Source: Synergistaceae bacterium (GTDB taxonomy: Bacteria; Synergistota; Synergistia; Synergistales; Synergistaceae). Taken from it: 64,000 nucleotides of DNA. A program made the position numbers and the translations under genes. The stretch lies in contig JAVVWB010000004.1 of assembly GCA_036652335.1 (NCBI GenBank), positions 1 through 64,000 on the forward strand, read 5' to 3'. Below, in pieces: positions 8,566 to 18,506 of the stretch; positions within the stretch are counted from its first letter, which is position 1, and every line of letters begins with the position of its first letter. The notes beneath the pieces were generated by a model. It did no database searches and was not told where the DNA came from. It saw nothing but the letters and a program-made list of their open reading frames with translations.

Positions 8566-9729
8566 TTATAATGATTCTAGAAATTCTTTGAGTCTTTTCA
8601 TTCCTTCTTTTATGTTTTCGGAAGAACAAGCATAGGAAAATCTTAAGAAACCGGGTGCAAAGAAAGCAGCTCCTGGGATTGCTGCTACATATTTCTCTTC
8701 AAGGAGTCGTTCGCAGAATTTGATGTCATCAGGTATTGGTGATTTTCGTATGTCTACAAAAATATAGAAAGCTCCTTCTGGTTCTTTTACTGTTACATAC
8801 GGCATGTCTCTTACAAGGCTAAGTATTAAATTTTTTCTTTCTGTAAAAGCTTTTTTCATCTCTTCAACGTCGTTGTCTCCGTCCTTAATTGCAGCGAGTG
8901 CTGCCCACTGTGCAATAGAAGAGGCATTTGAGGTGAGGTGTGTTTGCATTGTGTTCATTTTTGTAATCATTTCTTTTGGAGCTAGGGCGTAACCGATTCT
9001 CCAACCTGTCATTGCATATGCTTTACTTACCCCGTTGATGATAACGGTCCTGTCTTTAAGGTCAGGTGCTATGTTGAGTATGTTGTAATGCTTAGCAGGT
9101 TCATATGCAAATCTCTCATAGATTTCGTCAAATATTATCCAAAGTCCATGCTCTCTAGCTATGTCTGCTATCATTGACATTGTATTTTCATCATATATTG
9201 CACCTGTCGGGTTTGACGGGGAGTTGATTATTACTCCAACTGTTTTGTTGGTTATTACGTCTTCAATTGATTTTTTAGTAGGGACGAGGTCACTTTTCAA
9301 TGTGTCTACAATTATTTCTTTACCTCCGGCAAGATGAAGCTGTTCTACATAGCTCACCCATGCAGGTGCAAAAAGTAGGACTTCATCACCTTCGTCTACG
9401 AGCATTTGCATTGCCATATATAAGAGAGGTTTTGCCCCTGATGATACTAGGACTTCTGAGGGGTCATATTCTAGACTAAAACGTTTCTTGTAGTAATTGG
9501 ATACTTCTTTGCGTAACTCTATTATTCCAGAGTTAAGGGTATAATGTGATTCTCCTCTTTTGATTGCCTCAATTGCTGCGTTGTTTGCACACTCAGGAGT
9601 TCTGAAGTCAGGCTCTCCGGCGCCAAAAGAAATAACCGGTTTACCTTCTGCTTTCATCGTTTTTGCTTTGCCTGATATACTGATGGTTGCAGATGGTTTG
9701 ATGTCTAAAATTCTTTTTGAAAATTTCAC
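8566..9729 (-). CDS. aspartate/aromatic aminotransferase (PLP-dependent, class I)
   Basis: GEPDF, NSPSNPTG and SKAYAMTGWRIGY (PLP-lysine region). A bidirectional terminator (gagaggggattagcccctctc) separates it from cca. Confidence 0.85.
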   Translation of the reverse strand: MKFSKRILDIKPSATISISGKAKTMKAEGKPVISFGAGEPDFRTPECANNAAIEAIKRGESHYTLNSGIIELRKEVSNYYKKRFSLEYDPSEVLVSSGAKPLLYMAMQMLVDEGDEVLLFAPAWVSYVEQLHLAGGKEIIVDTLKSDLVPTKKSIEDVITNKTVGVIINSPSNPTGAIYDENTMSMIADIAREHGLWIIFDEIYERFAYEPAKHYNILNIAPDLKDRTVIINGVSKAYAMTGWRIGYALAPKEMITKMNTMQTHLTSNASSIAQWAALAAIKDGDNDVEEMKKAFTERKNLILSLVRDMPYVTVKEPEGAFYIFVDIRKSPIPDDIKFCERLLEEKYVAAIPGAAFFAPGFLRFSYACSSENIKEGMKRLKEFLESL

Positions 9730-9944
9730 ATTATTTCCCCCTTTATTATGTTTGAGTTTGTGTTATTGATTATACATAATGCCTAATAAGAGTCAATATA
9801 AAAAGCTGTAATTTTTGTTAAATTTTTGTTTAATGTAAGGGTAGAAAATTTGATGGGCAGAATTGAAAATACCGTAATAAAGTGATAAGATACAGTAAAG
9901 CAACAAAGTCATCCGTATTTAGAGCACAGAATGGAGGAGTTGCT

Positions 9945-10490
9945 ATGGAAGTACGTTTTGTGAATCGTAATGTGGAACTTGAGGGAGATATTAAGGATTA
10001 TATGGTAAAGAAACTTGCCAAGGTTGAGAAATTCTTTGACAAGATCCTTGATACTCAAGTAGCTCTGAATTTCAAGAGAGGTATGCACGTAGTCGAAATT
10101 ACTTCTAATGTGAATGGTGTGGTTATGAGAGGCGAGGACTACGCACCGGATCTCCGAAAGGCTTTTGACAAAGCTTTAAAGAACATTGAAAGACAAGTCA
10201 AGAAGCACAAGAGTTATTTGACTGATAAGGGCAGACTTAGAGTTCAGGATGTTTGTTTTGATATTGATCCTGATTTGTTACCACCATTACCATATGAAAA
10301 AGAAGATGTTTCAAAGGAAATTTTAAAGATAAAGAAGTTTAATGTAGACGTAATGACACCAGAAGAAGCAACTAGACAGATGGATTTGTTAGGGCATAGT
10401 TTCTTCCTTTTTAAGAATGATGAAACAGGTGTGTTCAACGTGGTTTACCGCAGAGATGAGGGTGGCTACGGATTACTTGAGCCTAGATAA
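9945..10490 (+). CDS. hpf: ribosome hibernation promoting factor (long HPF)
   Basis: S30EA N-terminal domain plus long-HPF C-terminal dimerisation domain; GGAGGA Shine-Dalgarno; terminator at about 10514-10545. Confidence 0.85.
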   Translation: MEVRFVNRNVELEGDIKDYMVKKLAKVEKFFDKILDTQVALNFKRGMHVVEITSNVNGVVMRGEDYAPDLRKAFDKALKNIERQVKKHKSYLTDKGRLRVQDVCFDIDPDLLPPLPYEKEDVSKEILKIKKFNVDVMTPEEATRQMDLLGHSFFLFKNDETGVFNVVYRRDEGGYGLLEPR

Positions 10491-10609
10491 TATATAATAT
10501 TTATTTATAACTAAAGAGGAGCCATAGGCTCCTCTTTTTTCTTGACCTTTTTGCTTTAACAATGTACCTTTATCAAGTGGTTATCAATTTATATATCGAG
10601 GTCGTTTAA

Positions 10610-12574
10610 ATGTCTGAAAAATTATTGTTGGCACTTAATCCAAAACAAAGAGAAGCTGTTGAATTCTGTGATGCAGATGAACTTGTTTTTGCTGGTGCTG
10701 GAAGTGGGAAAACAAAAGTTTTGACCACAAAAATTGCTTATTTAATTGAAAAAAAAGGTGTAAACCCATGGGAGATATTGGCTTTAACCTTTACAAATAA
10801 GGCTGCTCGAGAGATGAGAGACAGGGTCAATCTCTTAATAGGAACCGATTTGAATGGAATGGAAGTTTCAACTTTTCATGCCTATGGACTAAAATTTTTA
10901 CATAGATATTCGGAGACATTGACAGCCTTAGGTTATCCATCTGCGTTTGTAATTTTCGATAGAAGTGATGTTAGGGGAATTGTTAAGAAGTTGCTTGCAT
11001 CTCTTGATATAGACCCCAAACAGATAGACGTAGGTGCTGCGATAGAGCTTATTTCTAGAGCTAAAACTGAGGCTAATCCGGTAAGCCGAGAAGTATATAT
11101 AGATCAAAAATGGAGAGCGTTATATGAGGGTTATCAAAAAGCGTTGCGTACTTGTGGTGCTTTGGATTTTGATGACTTGATGGTTTTGCCTTTGCATATT
11201 CTTGCAACAAATACTTTTGTAAGAGAGAGGGAACGTAAGCGTTTTAAGTGGATATTAGTAGATGAATATCAAGACGTAAACAGACCTCAGTATCTTTTGT
11301 TGCGTTGTCTTATGGATGATAAGAAGAGAATTATGGTTGTCGGTGACCCTGACCAGTCTATTTATGGTTGGCGTGGTGCTGATATGTCTATGATTTTAAA
11401 TTTTGAGAGAGATTTTCCTGCTTCAAAAGTTGTTGTACTTGACCAAAATTATCGTTCTACTGGCAATATATTGGACGGTGCAAATGGTGTAATTCAAAAA
11501 AATAGTGATAGACCTACTAAAAATTTATGGACTGCTTCTGTTCGTGGTAAAGAAATTAAAATCTTTAGAGCTAACAATGACATGGATGAATCAGAGTGGA
11601 TTGCAAAAAAAATATATAGACTTGTTGCTGAGGGCTATCACTACGGAGAGATTGCAATTCTGTATAGAATGAATGTGTTAAGTAGAGGGCTTGAGCAGTC
11701 ACTTTTGGAACGTTCTATCCCATATAGAGTTATTAGAGGTTTGGCTTTCTATGAGCGTGCAGAAGTAAAAGATGTACTTTCTATTATGAGACTTGCGGTT
11801 AATCCTAAGGATAGTCTCTCTCTTTCAAGAGTTTGTAGTGTTTCTGTAAAAGGAGTAGGAAAGAAGAGTGTAGAAGTTTTAAATGAGCAGATAGAAAAGT
11901 TGGCAGACTTAAATCCTATAGATGTTTGGAAAGAGATTGAAATAACCGGTGGTGGACTCAAGGGAAAGGCTGGAGTAGGTGTAAAATCTTTGGCAAGTGA
12001 TATGCTAGATGTCCTATCTAGAGCAGAGAGTATAAAAGATACTATAGAGTTGATTTTATATACAAAAGGTTATAGTGAATATTTACAGAATAATTACCCT
12101 GAAGATTGGGAAGAGAGAGAAGATAACGTGCTAGAAATTCTTTCACTTGTCCCAGAAGACGGAACCGTTGCTGAAGTTTTAACAGAAATTCCTTTATTTA
12201 CAGATCAAGATTCAAATGAAGAGATTGTTGATAGTGTAAATATGTTGACTTTACATGCTGCAAAAGGGTTGGAGTATCCTGTTGTCTTTATCGTTGGTAT
12301 GGAAGAGGGAATATTCCCTAGTTCTCGTGCGCTTGATATAGAGAGTGATATTAGTGAAGAAAGACGTCTTTGTTATGTTGGAATGACACGTGCAAAAGAA
12401 CAACTTTTCCTAACTTCCGCCTCAAGTCGATTATTATTCGGTGACATTCAAAGAAATTTGACTTCAAGGTTTATAGGTGAAATTCCTCAAAATTGTGTCG
12501 ATTTTGAAGATGCTACAAAAGGGGGTTCTTATAGTTATGATTCTCGGTCTAACGGGAGACGTTGGCGCTGGTAA
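10610..12574 (+). CDS. ATP-dependent DNA helicase, UvrD/PcrA family
   Basis: Walker A AGAGSGKTKVLT; motifs VLTTKIAYL..LTFTNKAAREM, DEYQD and VGDPDQSIYGWRGA. Confidence 0.85.
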   Translation: MSEKLLLALNPKQREAVEFCDADELVFAGAGSGKTKVLTTKIAYLIEKKGVNPWEILALTFTNKAAREMRDRVNLLIGTDLNGMEVSTFHAYGLKFLHRYSETLTALGYPSAFVIFDRSDVRGIVKKLLASLDIDPKQIDVGAAIELISRAKTEANPVSREVYIDQKWRALYEGYQKALRTCGALDFDDLMVLPLHILATNTFVRERERKRFKWILVDEYQDVNRPQYLLLRCLMDDKKRIMVVGDPDQSIYGWRGADMSMILNFERDFPASKVVVLDQNYRSTGNILDGANGVIQKNSDRPTKNLWTASVRGKEIKIFRANNDMDESEWIAKKIYRLVAEGYHYGEIAILYRMNVLSRGLEQSLLERSIPYRVIRGLAFYERAEVKDVLSIMRLAVNPKDSLSLSRVCSVSVKGVGKKSVEVLNEQIEKLADLNPIDVWKEIEITGGGLKGKAGVGVKSLASDMLDVLSRAESIKDTIELILYTKGYSEYLQNNYPEDWEEREDNVLEILSLVPEDGTVAEVLTEIPLFTDQDSNEEIVDSVNMLTLHAAKGLEYPVVFIVGMEEGIFPSSRALDIESDISEERRLCYVGMTRAKEQLFLTSASSRLLFGDIQRNLTSRFIGEIPQNCVDFEDATKGGSYSYDSRSNGRRWRW

Positions 12575-13130
12575 AAGCACGTTATGTCGTGTTTGGAAAG
12601 ATATGGGAGCGTATGTAATTGATTCAGACTCCTTAGCTAAAAATTTATGGAATTTAAAAACGATACAAAAAAAAGCGAAGATTAGGTGGGGGGATGATTT
12701 CTTTTCCTGCCCAAGTTCTGAGATGTCAAAGAAGATAGCAGATAAAATATTTAATGATGATGAAGAGTATAAGTTTGTTTCTGAACTTTTGCATAAAGCT
12801 ACTATTTCACGACTAAAAAAAATTGCCGAGAAATCTGATGCAAAATGGATTGTTGTTGAAATCCCACTTCTTTTTGAGTGCGGAGTACCTGAGTGGATTG
12901 ATAAAACTGTTTACGTCTCAGCATCTCTTGGAAAACGTGTAGAGAGAAATGCTATAAGAGGCTGGAATGAGCTTGAATTGTCAAGAAGAGAGGATAAACT
13001 TCTACCCCGAGAGGAGAAGATGAAAAAAGCGGATTGGATAATTGAAAACAGTGGAACACTCAAAGAATGGGAAGAAAAAGGATATGAGTTTGCACTCAAA
13101 ATCCTTTCTCTTACCCGACTTGTTAGATAA
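12537..13130 (+). CDS. coaE: dephospho-CoA kinase
   Basis: MILGLTGDVGAGKST P-loop; AAGGGGG Shine-Dalgarno. The start overlaps the 3' end of the helicase gene by 38 nt in another frame. Confidence 0.85.
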   Translation: MILGLTGDVGAGKSTLCRVWKDMGAYVIDSDSLAKNLWNLKTIQKKAKIRWGDDFFSCPSSEMSKKIADKIFNDDEEYKFVSELLHKATISRLKKIAEKSDAKWIVVEIPLLFECGVPEWIDKTVYVSASLGKRVERNAIRGWNELELSRREDKLLPREEKMKKADWIIENSGTLKEWEEKGYEFALKILSLTRLVR

Positions 13131-13635
13131 ATGAATCTGTAAGAGTTGTTCTTTTTACTAAGGTATAAGTTACTAATATACCCAATATAGTTCCAGGAAT
13201 GCTACTTACTAAAAAAGATGTTGATAAAAAGGAGAATGCCACATTTGTACCTAATATTGGAGCGATTATCAGAGAGCTTACCCATGCTCCCACTAATCCT
13301 GTACCAATAGGCTCAGCTATTGCGGAGTAGATTTTTCTGTTTTGTGGAAGAAATAGTGACACCAGTCCGACAAAAAAGGCTCCAAACATGCTCCCTGGGA
13401 AAGCAAAAAGGCTCCCTGTTCCCAACATATTTCTTATTAGACTTGTAGTAAACGCTGTACCTATTGCCCAAAAGGGCCCGAGCAATATTCCCGAAATGAC
13501 ATTGATCGTATGCTGAAATGGATAGCACTTTGTCGGGCCAAGAGGTATTGAAACTACGGAGAGGATTACCCCAATGGATGATAGTATTCCACAAAGTACC
13601 GTTTTTCGTAGTATTTTACTTTCTTTTATAGACAT
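13123..13635 (-). CDS. thiW: ECF-transporter S component, ThiW-like (putative thiazole/thiamine precursor transporter)
   Basis: Multi-pass membrane protein with a PFQHTINVISGILLGP motif typical of ThiW. TTGACA-17-GATAAT promoter and AGGGGG Shine-Dalgarno upstream. Divergent from the thiamine pyrophosphokinase gene. Confidence 0.55.
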   Translation of the reverse strand: MSIKESKILRKTVLCGILSSIGVILSVVSIPLGPTKCYPFQHTINVISGILLGPFWAIGTAFTTSLIRNMLGTGSLFAFPGSMFGAFFVGLVSLFLPQNRKIYSAIAEPIGTGLVGAWVSSLIIAPILGTNVAFSFLSTSFLVSSIPGTILGILVTYTLVKRTTLTDSFI

Positions 13636-13734
13636 GTATCGGTACCCCCTATAGAATAATTTCCAAGCAAGAATTATCCTGTTATTTCTTACCAATGTCA
13701 AATGAAAGAAAGATGCAAGCGAGCGTGATAACTT

Positions 13735-14433
13735 ATGAAGAAGATATCAATACAAAATGTAGAAATAGAATTTTTGTGTGATGTAAATGTAGATTTAATG
13801 GTGCTAGGTGGTCGTGTGCCATCATGTGAATGGCTTAGGTCTATTGATTTTTATAATAAAATTTGGGCTGTAGATAAGGGCATAGATATATGCTCACTTG
13901 CAAATATTAAGGCAGATTTTTTAATTGGTGATGGAGATAGCGCCGATTGTAAGAATTGGAATGATGCAAAGAATTATGGTGCAAAGGTCTATAGTTATCC
14001 CGTAGAAAAAGATTTAACTGACTTTCAACTTGCGTTAGACCTTTACGACTCAGAACAAAATGAGCTTTCTACTGATAATAAATTATTTTTGACTGGTGCT
14101 TGGGGAGGTAGATTTGATCATCTCTGGAGTTTGTTTATTTCTGCATTAAATTCGCATAGAATTCCTATAGGTATTGCAGATGAAAGAGAAACTATTATAT
14201 TCTTGAATGGAGAATCATCTTTACACCTTGCTTTTGATAAAAAACCTCTATCTTTTTCTCTTATATCTTTTTCACAAATATCTACAGGAATTACAACTGA
14301 CGGACTAAAATGGGAGCTAGAAAATTTCAATTTAGAGTACAAAAATCCTTTTAGTATTAGCAACGAAGTGTTGGAAAGGACTGTAGATGTCTCATTAAAA
14401 TCAGGACAGATAGGTGTTTACTGGTATTGGTAA
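13735..14433 (+). CDS. thiamine pyrophosphokinase
   Basis: LIGDGDSAD and GGRFDH motifs. Confidence 0.8.
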   Translation: MKKISIQNVEIEFLCDVNVDLMVLGGRVPSCEWLRSIDFYNKIWAVDKGIDICSLANIKADFLIGDGDSADCKNWNDAKNYGAKVYSYPVEKDLTDFQLALDLYDSEQNELSTDNKLFLTGAWGGRFDHLWSLFISALNSHRIPIGIADERETIIFLNGESSLHLAFDKKPLSFSLISFSQISTGITTDGLKWELENFNLEYKNPFSISNEVLERTVDVSLKSGQIGVYWYW

Positions 14434-14505
14434 GCCTAGCACATATTTTTCTCATTATTTTGTGCTAAAATACATTGGTTATCTAGTTTAAGGATGTGAT
14501 TTATT

Positions 14506-15123
14506 ATGTTTTTTGGAGGAGAATCCTTTTCTGCAAAATTAGCAGAAATTCTTCTAAGTTTGCCTGCTGTTGTATGGGCAATAACATTTCATGAATTTTG
14601 TCATGGCTATGCCGCAATGAAATTGGGAGATAGAACTGCAGAGCTTGATGGGAGACTAAGTCTTAATCCTTTACACCATCTTGATCCTATCGGTGCTTTG
14701 TGTCTTTTGCTTTTTAGATTTGGCTGGGCAAAGCCTGTACCTATTGATTCACGTTATTTTAAAAAGCCCAGAAGAGATATGATTATAGTTAGTCTTGCCG
14801 GAGCAGCTGGAAATATTTTAACTGCATTTGTATTTGCAAAGCTGTATATTTTCTTTCCTGTGCTTTTTAGTAGCTATGCTGCAAGTCAATTTGTAAGAAT
14901 AATGATTTATATGAATGTTGGGCTTGCTGCTTTTAATTTGTTGCCCATTCCACCACTAGATGGTTCAAGAATCCTTTATGTTTTTTTACCATATAAGTGG
15001 ATGGATTTTTATTACAAGTTAGAGCAGTATGGTATGTTTATAATAATGGGGCTAATAATGTTAAATGTGCTTCCAATATTGATGACGCCACTTCAAAGTC
15101 TAATTCTTTATTTAATTTTTTAG
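14506..15123 (+). CDS. site-2 protease family (M50) zinc metalloprotease, small membrane form
   Basis: HEFCHGYAA (HExxH) within a transmembrane segment, followed by further transmembrane helices. Confidence 0.7.
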   Translation: MFFGGESFSAKLAEILLSLPAVVWAITFHEFCHGYAAMKLGDRTAELDGRLSLNPLHHLDPIGALCLLLFRFGWAKPVPIDSRYFKKPRRDMIIVSLAGAAGNILTAFVFAKLYIFFPVLFSSYAASQFVRIMIYMNVGLAAFNLLPIPPLDGSRILYVFLPYKWMDFYYKLEQYGMFIIMGLIMLNVLPILMTPLQSLILYLIF

Positions 15124-15137
15124 GTTGTTGTGTAGAT

Positions 15138-15917
15138 ATGAGAATTTTAATTACAAATGATGACGGTGTTTACTCTGTAGGGATACAGACATTAGCATTG
15201 AAACTTATATCAGAAGGACATCAAGTCCTTGTTGTCGCACCTGATAGAGAACGTAGTGCATGTGGTCACAGTATGACTCTTTCTCGCCCTGTTGCTTTAA
15301 AGAAAATTGACCGCAAATTTCTTTATGGTGATTATGACGCTTATGCTTCTGATGGAACACCCACCGACTGCGTCGTTTTGGGTTTTGATGTTCTAAAATT
15401 TGATGCTGATCTAGTTATTTCTGGAATAAATCAGGGTCCAAATTTAGGAGACGACTTGACTTACTCTGGTACAGTTTGTGCTGCGATGGAGGGAGTTGTC
15501 TTTGGAGTCCCGTCTATAGCGGTTTCTTTAGATATGTCTTCAAAAGATAAAGAAGTTCACAATTCTACAGCAGCAGAATGCGTTAGTGTGTTATTGAAGT
15601 GGATGGATAAAAATACAATGAAAAAAGGTGTGCTTTACAATATAAATGTGCCCAATTTACCTTTTTCTGAACTAAATGGTATGGCTGTTACACGAAAGGG
15701 TGTTCGTCTATACAGTGATAAAATATCTACTACTAAAAGCCCTATGGGGACGATGACGTATTGGATTGGTGGAAAGATAGAGGATGAATTGACTCCTGGG
15801 ACTGATGTTTGGGCTGTGAGAAAGAATATTGTCTCTTTGACACCAATACACATGGATATGACTTCTTATGAGGAAATTGATATTTGTAAAGAATTAGGAA
15901 TTGAATCTTTAATTTAG
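15138..15917 (+). CDS. surE: 5'/3'-nucleotidase SurE
   Basis: MRILITNDDGVYSVGI; ATG at 15138 chosen over the upstream in-frame extension. Confidence 0.9.
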   Translation: MRILITNDDGVYSVGIQTLALKLISEGHQVLVVAPDRERSACGHSMTLSRPVALKKIDRKFLYGDYDAYASDGTPTDCVVLGFDVLKFDADLVISGINQGPNLGDDLTYSGTVCAAMEGVVFGVPSIAVSLDMSSKDKEVHNSTAAECVSVLLKWMDKNTMKKGVLYNINVPNLPFSELNGMAVTRKGVRLYSDKISTTKSPMGTMTYWIGGKIEDELTPGTDVWAVRKNIVSLTPIHMDMTSYEEIDICKELGIESLI

Positions 15918-16000
15918 ATATATTGATTTTGAACTTTATCCATTTAAGTGTTGACAAAAAAAACTTTGGTGATAAACTTACCGTATTCTAATTAAATACT

Positions 16001-16241
16001 TTGCGATGATAAGGAATAAACGATTTTACAGCAACAGAGATTAAGTGCCATCGGCTGAAAGCACTTTTTGCTAGGTAATTTTGTTTTCGTACCTTTGAGC
16101 AGGTTCCGAAGAAAGATTTCTTTATATCAAGTAGGAATACAGCTTTAATTAGCTGATAAGTGGGCATTTATTGCTAACCAGGGTGGTACCGCGGATTATT
16201 ATTCGTCCCTTTTCTCATAGAGAAGAGGGACGAATTTTTTT
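16001..16241 (+). promoter_or_regulatory. T-box riboswitch leader (specifier CGU, arginine) with intrinsic terminator, upstream of argG
   Basis: Stem I: K-turn GCGAUGAuAAGG pairing with CCUUuGAGCA, AGAGA AG-bulge, distal hairpin AGUGC...GCACU. Specifier CGU-A sits immediately 5' of the CCUU strand, the position of GGC-A in Bacillus subtilis glyQS. T-box sequence AAUUAGCUGAUAAGUGGGCAUUUAUUGCUAACCAGGGUGGUACCGCGG at about 16145-16195. Terminator hairpin attcgtccc...gggacgaat plus a T-run at 16201-16241. A TTGACA promoter lies at about 15950. Confidence 0.8.
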
Positions 16242-16291
16242 ATTTTAAAAATATTAAAATGCATAGATTGCAAATCGAGGAGGAGTTTGAA

Positions 16292-17551
16292 ATGGCAGTA
16301 GAAAAAAAAGGTAAAGTAGTATTAGCATACAGCGGTGGACTAGATACATCAGTAGCAATTCCATGGCTTAAGGATCAAGGGTATGATGTCATAGCTCTCA
16401 CAATGCACGTAGGACAGCAAGCAGATGACCTTGAAGATATTAAAGCAAAGGCATACGCTTCTGGTGCTGTAAAAGCATATGTGGTTGATTTGCGTGAAGC
16501 ATTTGTAAATACATTTGTATGGCCTTCACTTAAATCAAATGCATTATATCAGAGTGTCTATCCTCTTAATTCAGCTCTTTCACGCCCAATGATTGCACAG
16601 GCACTTATTTGGTGCGCAGAAAAAGAACAAGCTGTTGCTGTAGCTCATGGTTGTACAGGCAAAGGACAGGATCAGGTCCGTATTGAAGTTTGCTGTAATG
16701 CACTAAACCCTGACATTGAAGTTTTAGCACCTGTAAGAGACTGGAGCTTTACAAGAGAAGAAGAGATGGATTATGCTGAGAAACACAATGTTCCAGTACC
16801 TACAACACGTAAGAGTCCTTATAGCTTAGATGATAACCTTTGGGGACGCTCAATAGAATGTGGCGTACTTGAAGATCCATGGAATGAACCACCAAAGGGT
16901 GCTTATGCTCTCACGGTTGATCCTAAAGATGCACCTGATAAAGAAGTCGTTGTTGAGGTAACTTTTGAAGAAGGTGTACCAGTTGCAATCAATGGTGTAA
17001 AGATGGATTCTTTGTCATTGATAGATTATATGAATAAGACAGCTGGAAATGCAGGTTTTGGTAGAATTGATATGGTTGAAGATAGACTTGTTGGATTTAA
17101 GAGCCGTGAAGTTTATGAATGCCCCGGTGCTCTTGCGCTTATTACAGCACATAAAAAGCTTGAGACAATTACACTTGCAAAAGATGTACTAAAGACAAAG
17201 AAAGAGCTTGAAGTTAAATTTGCTGAAATTGCATATGAAGGCTACTGGTTCTCACCACTTATGGAAGCCACTCAGGCATTTATGGATTCAACACAGAAGT
17301 CTGTAAATGGAGTAGTTCGTATGGTGTTCTACAAAGGTAATTGCATTGTAAACGGGATGAAGTCAGACACATCTGTATATAGTAAAGCACTTGCCACATA
17401 CTCAGATGGTGATGTATTTGACCAGTCTGCATCAGTAGGCTTTATTAAGATTTGGGGTATGCCTATTAAGACATGGAGACAGGTTCACAAGGATAAGAAT
17501 GTAAACCCTATTGATTCACTTATTGTAGAAAAAGGCGAAGGCGCATACTAA
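16292..17551 (+). CDS. argG: argininosuccinate synthase
   Basis: AYSGGLDTS PP-loop; GAGGAGGAG Shine-Dalgarno. Confidence 0.95.
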   Translation: MAVEKKGKVVLAYSGGLDTSVAIPWLKDQGYDVIALTMHVGQQADDLEDIKAKAYASGAVKAYVVDLREAFVNTFVWPSLKSNALYQSVYPLNSALSRPMIAQALIWCAEKEQAVAVAHGCTGKGQDQVRIEVCCNALNPDIEVLAPVRDWSFTREEEMDYAEKHNVPVPTTRKSPYSLDDNLWGRSIECGVLEDPWNEPPKGAYALTVDPKDAPDKEVVVEVTFEEGVPVAINGVKMDSLSLIDYMNKTAGNAGFGRIDMVEDRLVGFKSREVYECPGALALITAHKKLETITLAKDVLKTKKELEVKFAEIAYEGYWFSPLMEATQAFMDSTQKSVNGVVRMVFYKGNCIVNGMKSDTSVYSKALATYSDGDVFDQSASVGFIKIWGMPIKTWRQVHKDKNVNPIDSLIVEKGEGAY

Positions 17552-17572
17552 TTTTATAGTTTATAAACGTAA

Positions 17573-17612
17573 TAATTAAGCGGAGAGCAAATTATAGCTC
17601 TCCGCTTAATTT
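17573..17612. terminator. bidirectional terminator between argG and the encapsulin gene
   Basis: aagcggagagc ... gctctccgctt perfect hairpin. Confidence 0.7.
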
Positions 17613-17682
17613 GTATTTAAGTAAAAAAATACTGGATGAAATTAACTTTTCACCCAGTATTTTATAATTAAATAATCTTAAG

Positions 17683-18483
17683 TTAGATAATCTTGAACGG
17701 GACTATTGCTTCTGGTGCATTAACTCGGAATGTAAGTGTTTCTGTTATATAGAAGTTGACTTCTGTATTTGTGTGTGACTGGTATCCAATTGAAAAATCT
17801 TGTCCTATTATTAGTTCCGAATCGCCACCACGTAGAGAGACAAGCATTGCTGTATCATACTGTTCTGAAGGAATTATCTTATCTCCTATAATAGCTTCTA
17901 CTTTATTTTTTAGAGGGTAGCCACAGGCGGATGTCTGAATTTTTGTCCATAGAGCTTCTGAGCAGACAAGAGCAACTGGCCCTTCAACGTTTTTGTTTTT
18001 AAGAACCCTAAGAGCTTTTGAGAGTGCTGTTAAGATTGATTCATCGTTAAGTTCCATTTCAATGGCTTCGTTATCAGCTTCAAGCTCGAGTCCGAGTACT
18101 CCTGCGTCCTCTATGCCTTGGAAAATTACTGTGTCTTCAAAAAGAGCTGCTTTTCTAGCTGCTTCCTGTACAGGAGCAAAGTCTACAAGTTTGCTTCCTC
18201 TTGAAATATCATCTAAGTCCCACATGGGGAGTGTGAATGGTACACGAATTTCCATAAGAGGAATTACTTCTCTAATACCGAAGTTGACACCCTCAACAGG
18301 GGATTCTTCTACGAGAGAAAGTGTCCCTTCTGAAACAGAGTCGTATCCCCAACCTTTAGGTCCTTCTACATCAACAACTTTACGGCCTGTAAGTGTTGAT
18401 TTGAGAACTGCTTTTGCCTGTTCGTCTATTTCATCCCATGCTGCAGGAACGATAGGTGCAAGTGATCTTTTAAGAATATCCAT
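17683..18483 (-). CDS. encapsulin nanocompartment shell protein (family 1, linocin M18-like)
   Basis: 266 aa, collinear with Thermotoga maritima encapsulin: MDILKRSLAPI..., ...FITETLTFRVNAPEAIVPFKII. GAGAGGAG Shine-Dalgarno. Confidence 0.9.
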   Translation of the reverse strand: MDILKRSLAPIVPAAWDEIDEQAKAVLKSTLTGRKVVDVEGPKGWGYDSVSEGTLSLVEESPVEGVNFGIREVIPLMEIRVPFTLPMWDLDDISRGSKLVDFAPVQEAARKAALFEDTVIFQGIEDAGVLGLELEADNEAIEMELNDESILTALSKALRVLKNKNVEGPVALVCSEALWTKIQTSACGYPLKNKVEAIIGDKIIPSEQYDTAMLVSLRGGDSELIIGQDFSIGYQSHTNTEVNFYITETLTFRVNAPEAIVPFKII

Positions 18484-18506
18484 TATATGTTTTCTCCTCT
18501 CTAATC

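Noticed and set aside
12477-12574. Helicase-CoaE fusion or long CoaE N-terminus
   Set aside because: The two genes are in different frames. The CoaE P-loop begins at M21 of the ORF with its own Shine-Dalgarno, so a 38-nt overlap is the simpler reading.
13636-13734. TPP riboswitch upstream of the thiW-like gene
   Set aside because: Leader is only about 35 nt from the predicted promoter and lacks the conserved CUGAGA / GGAUAAUGCCAGCG elements.
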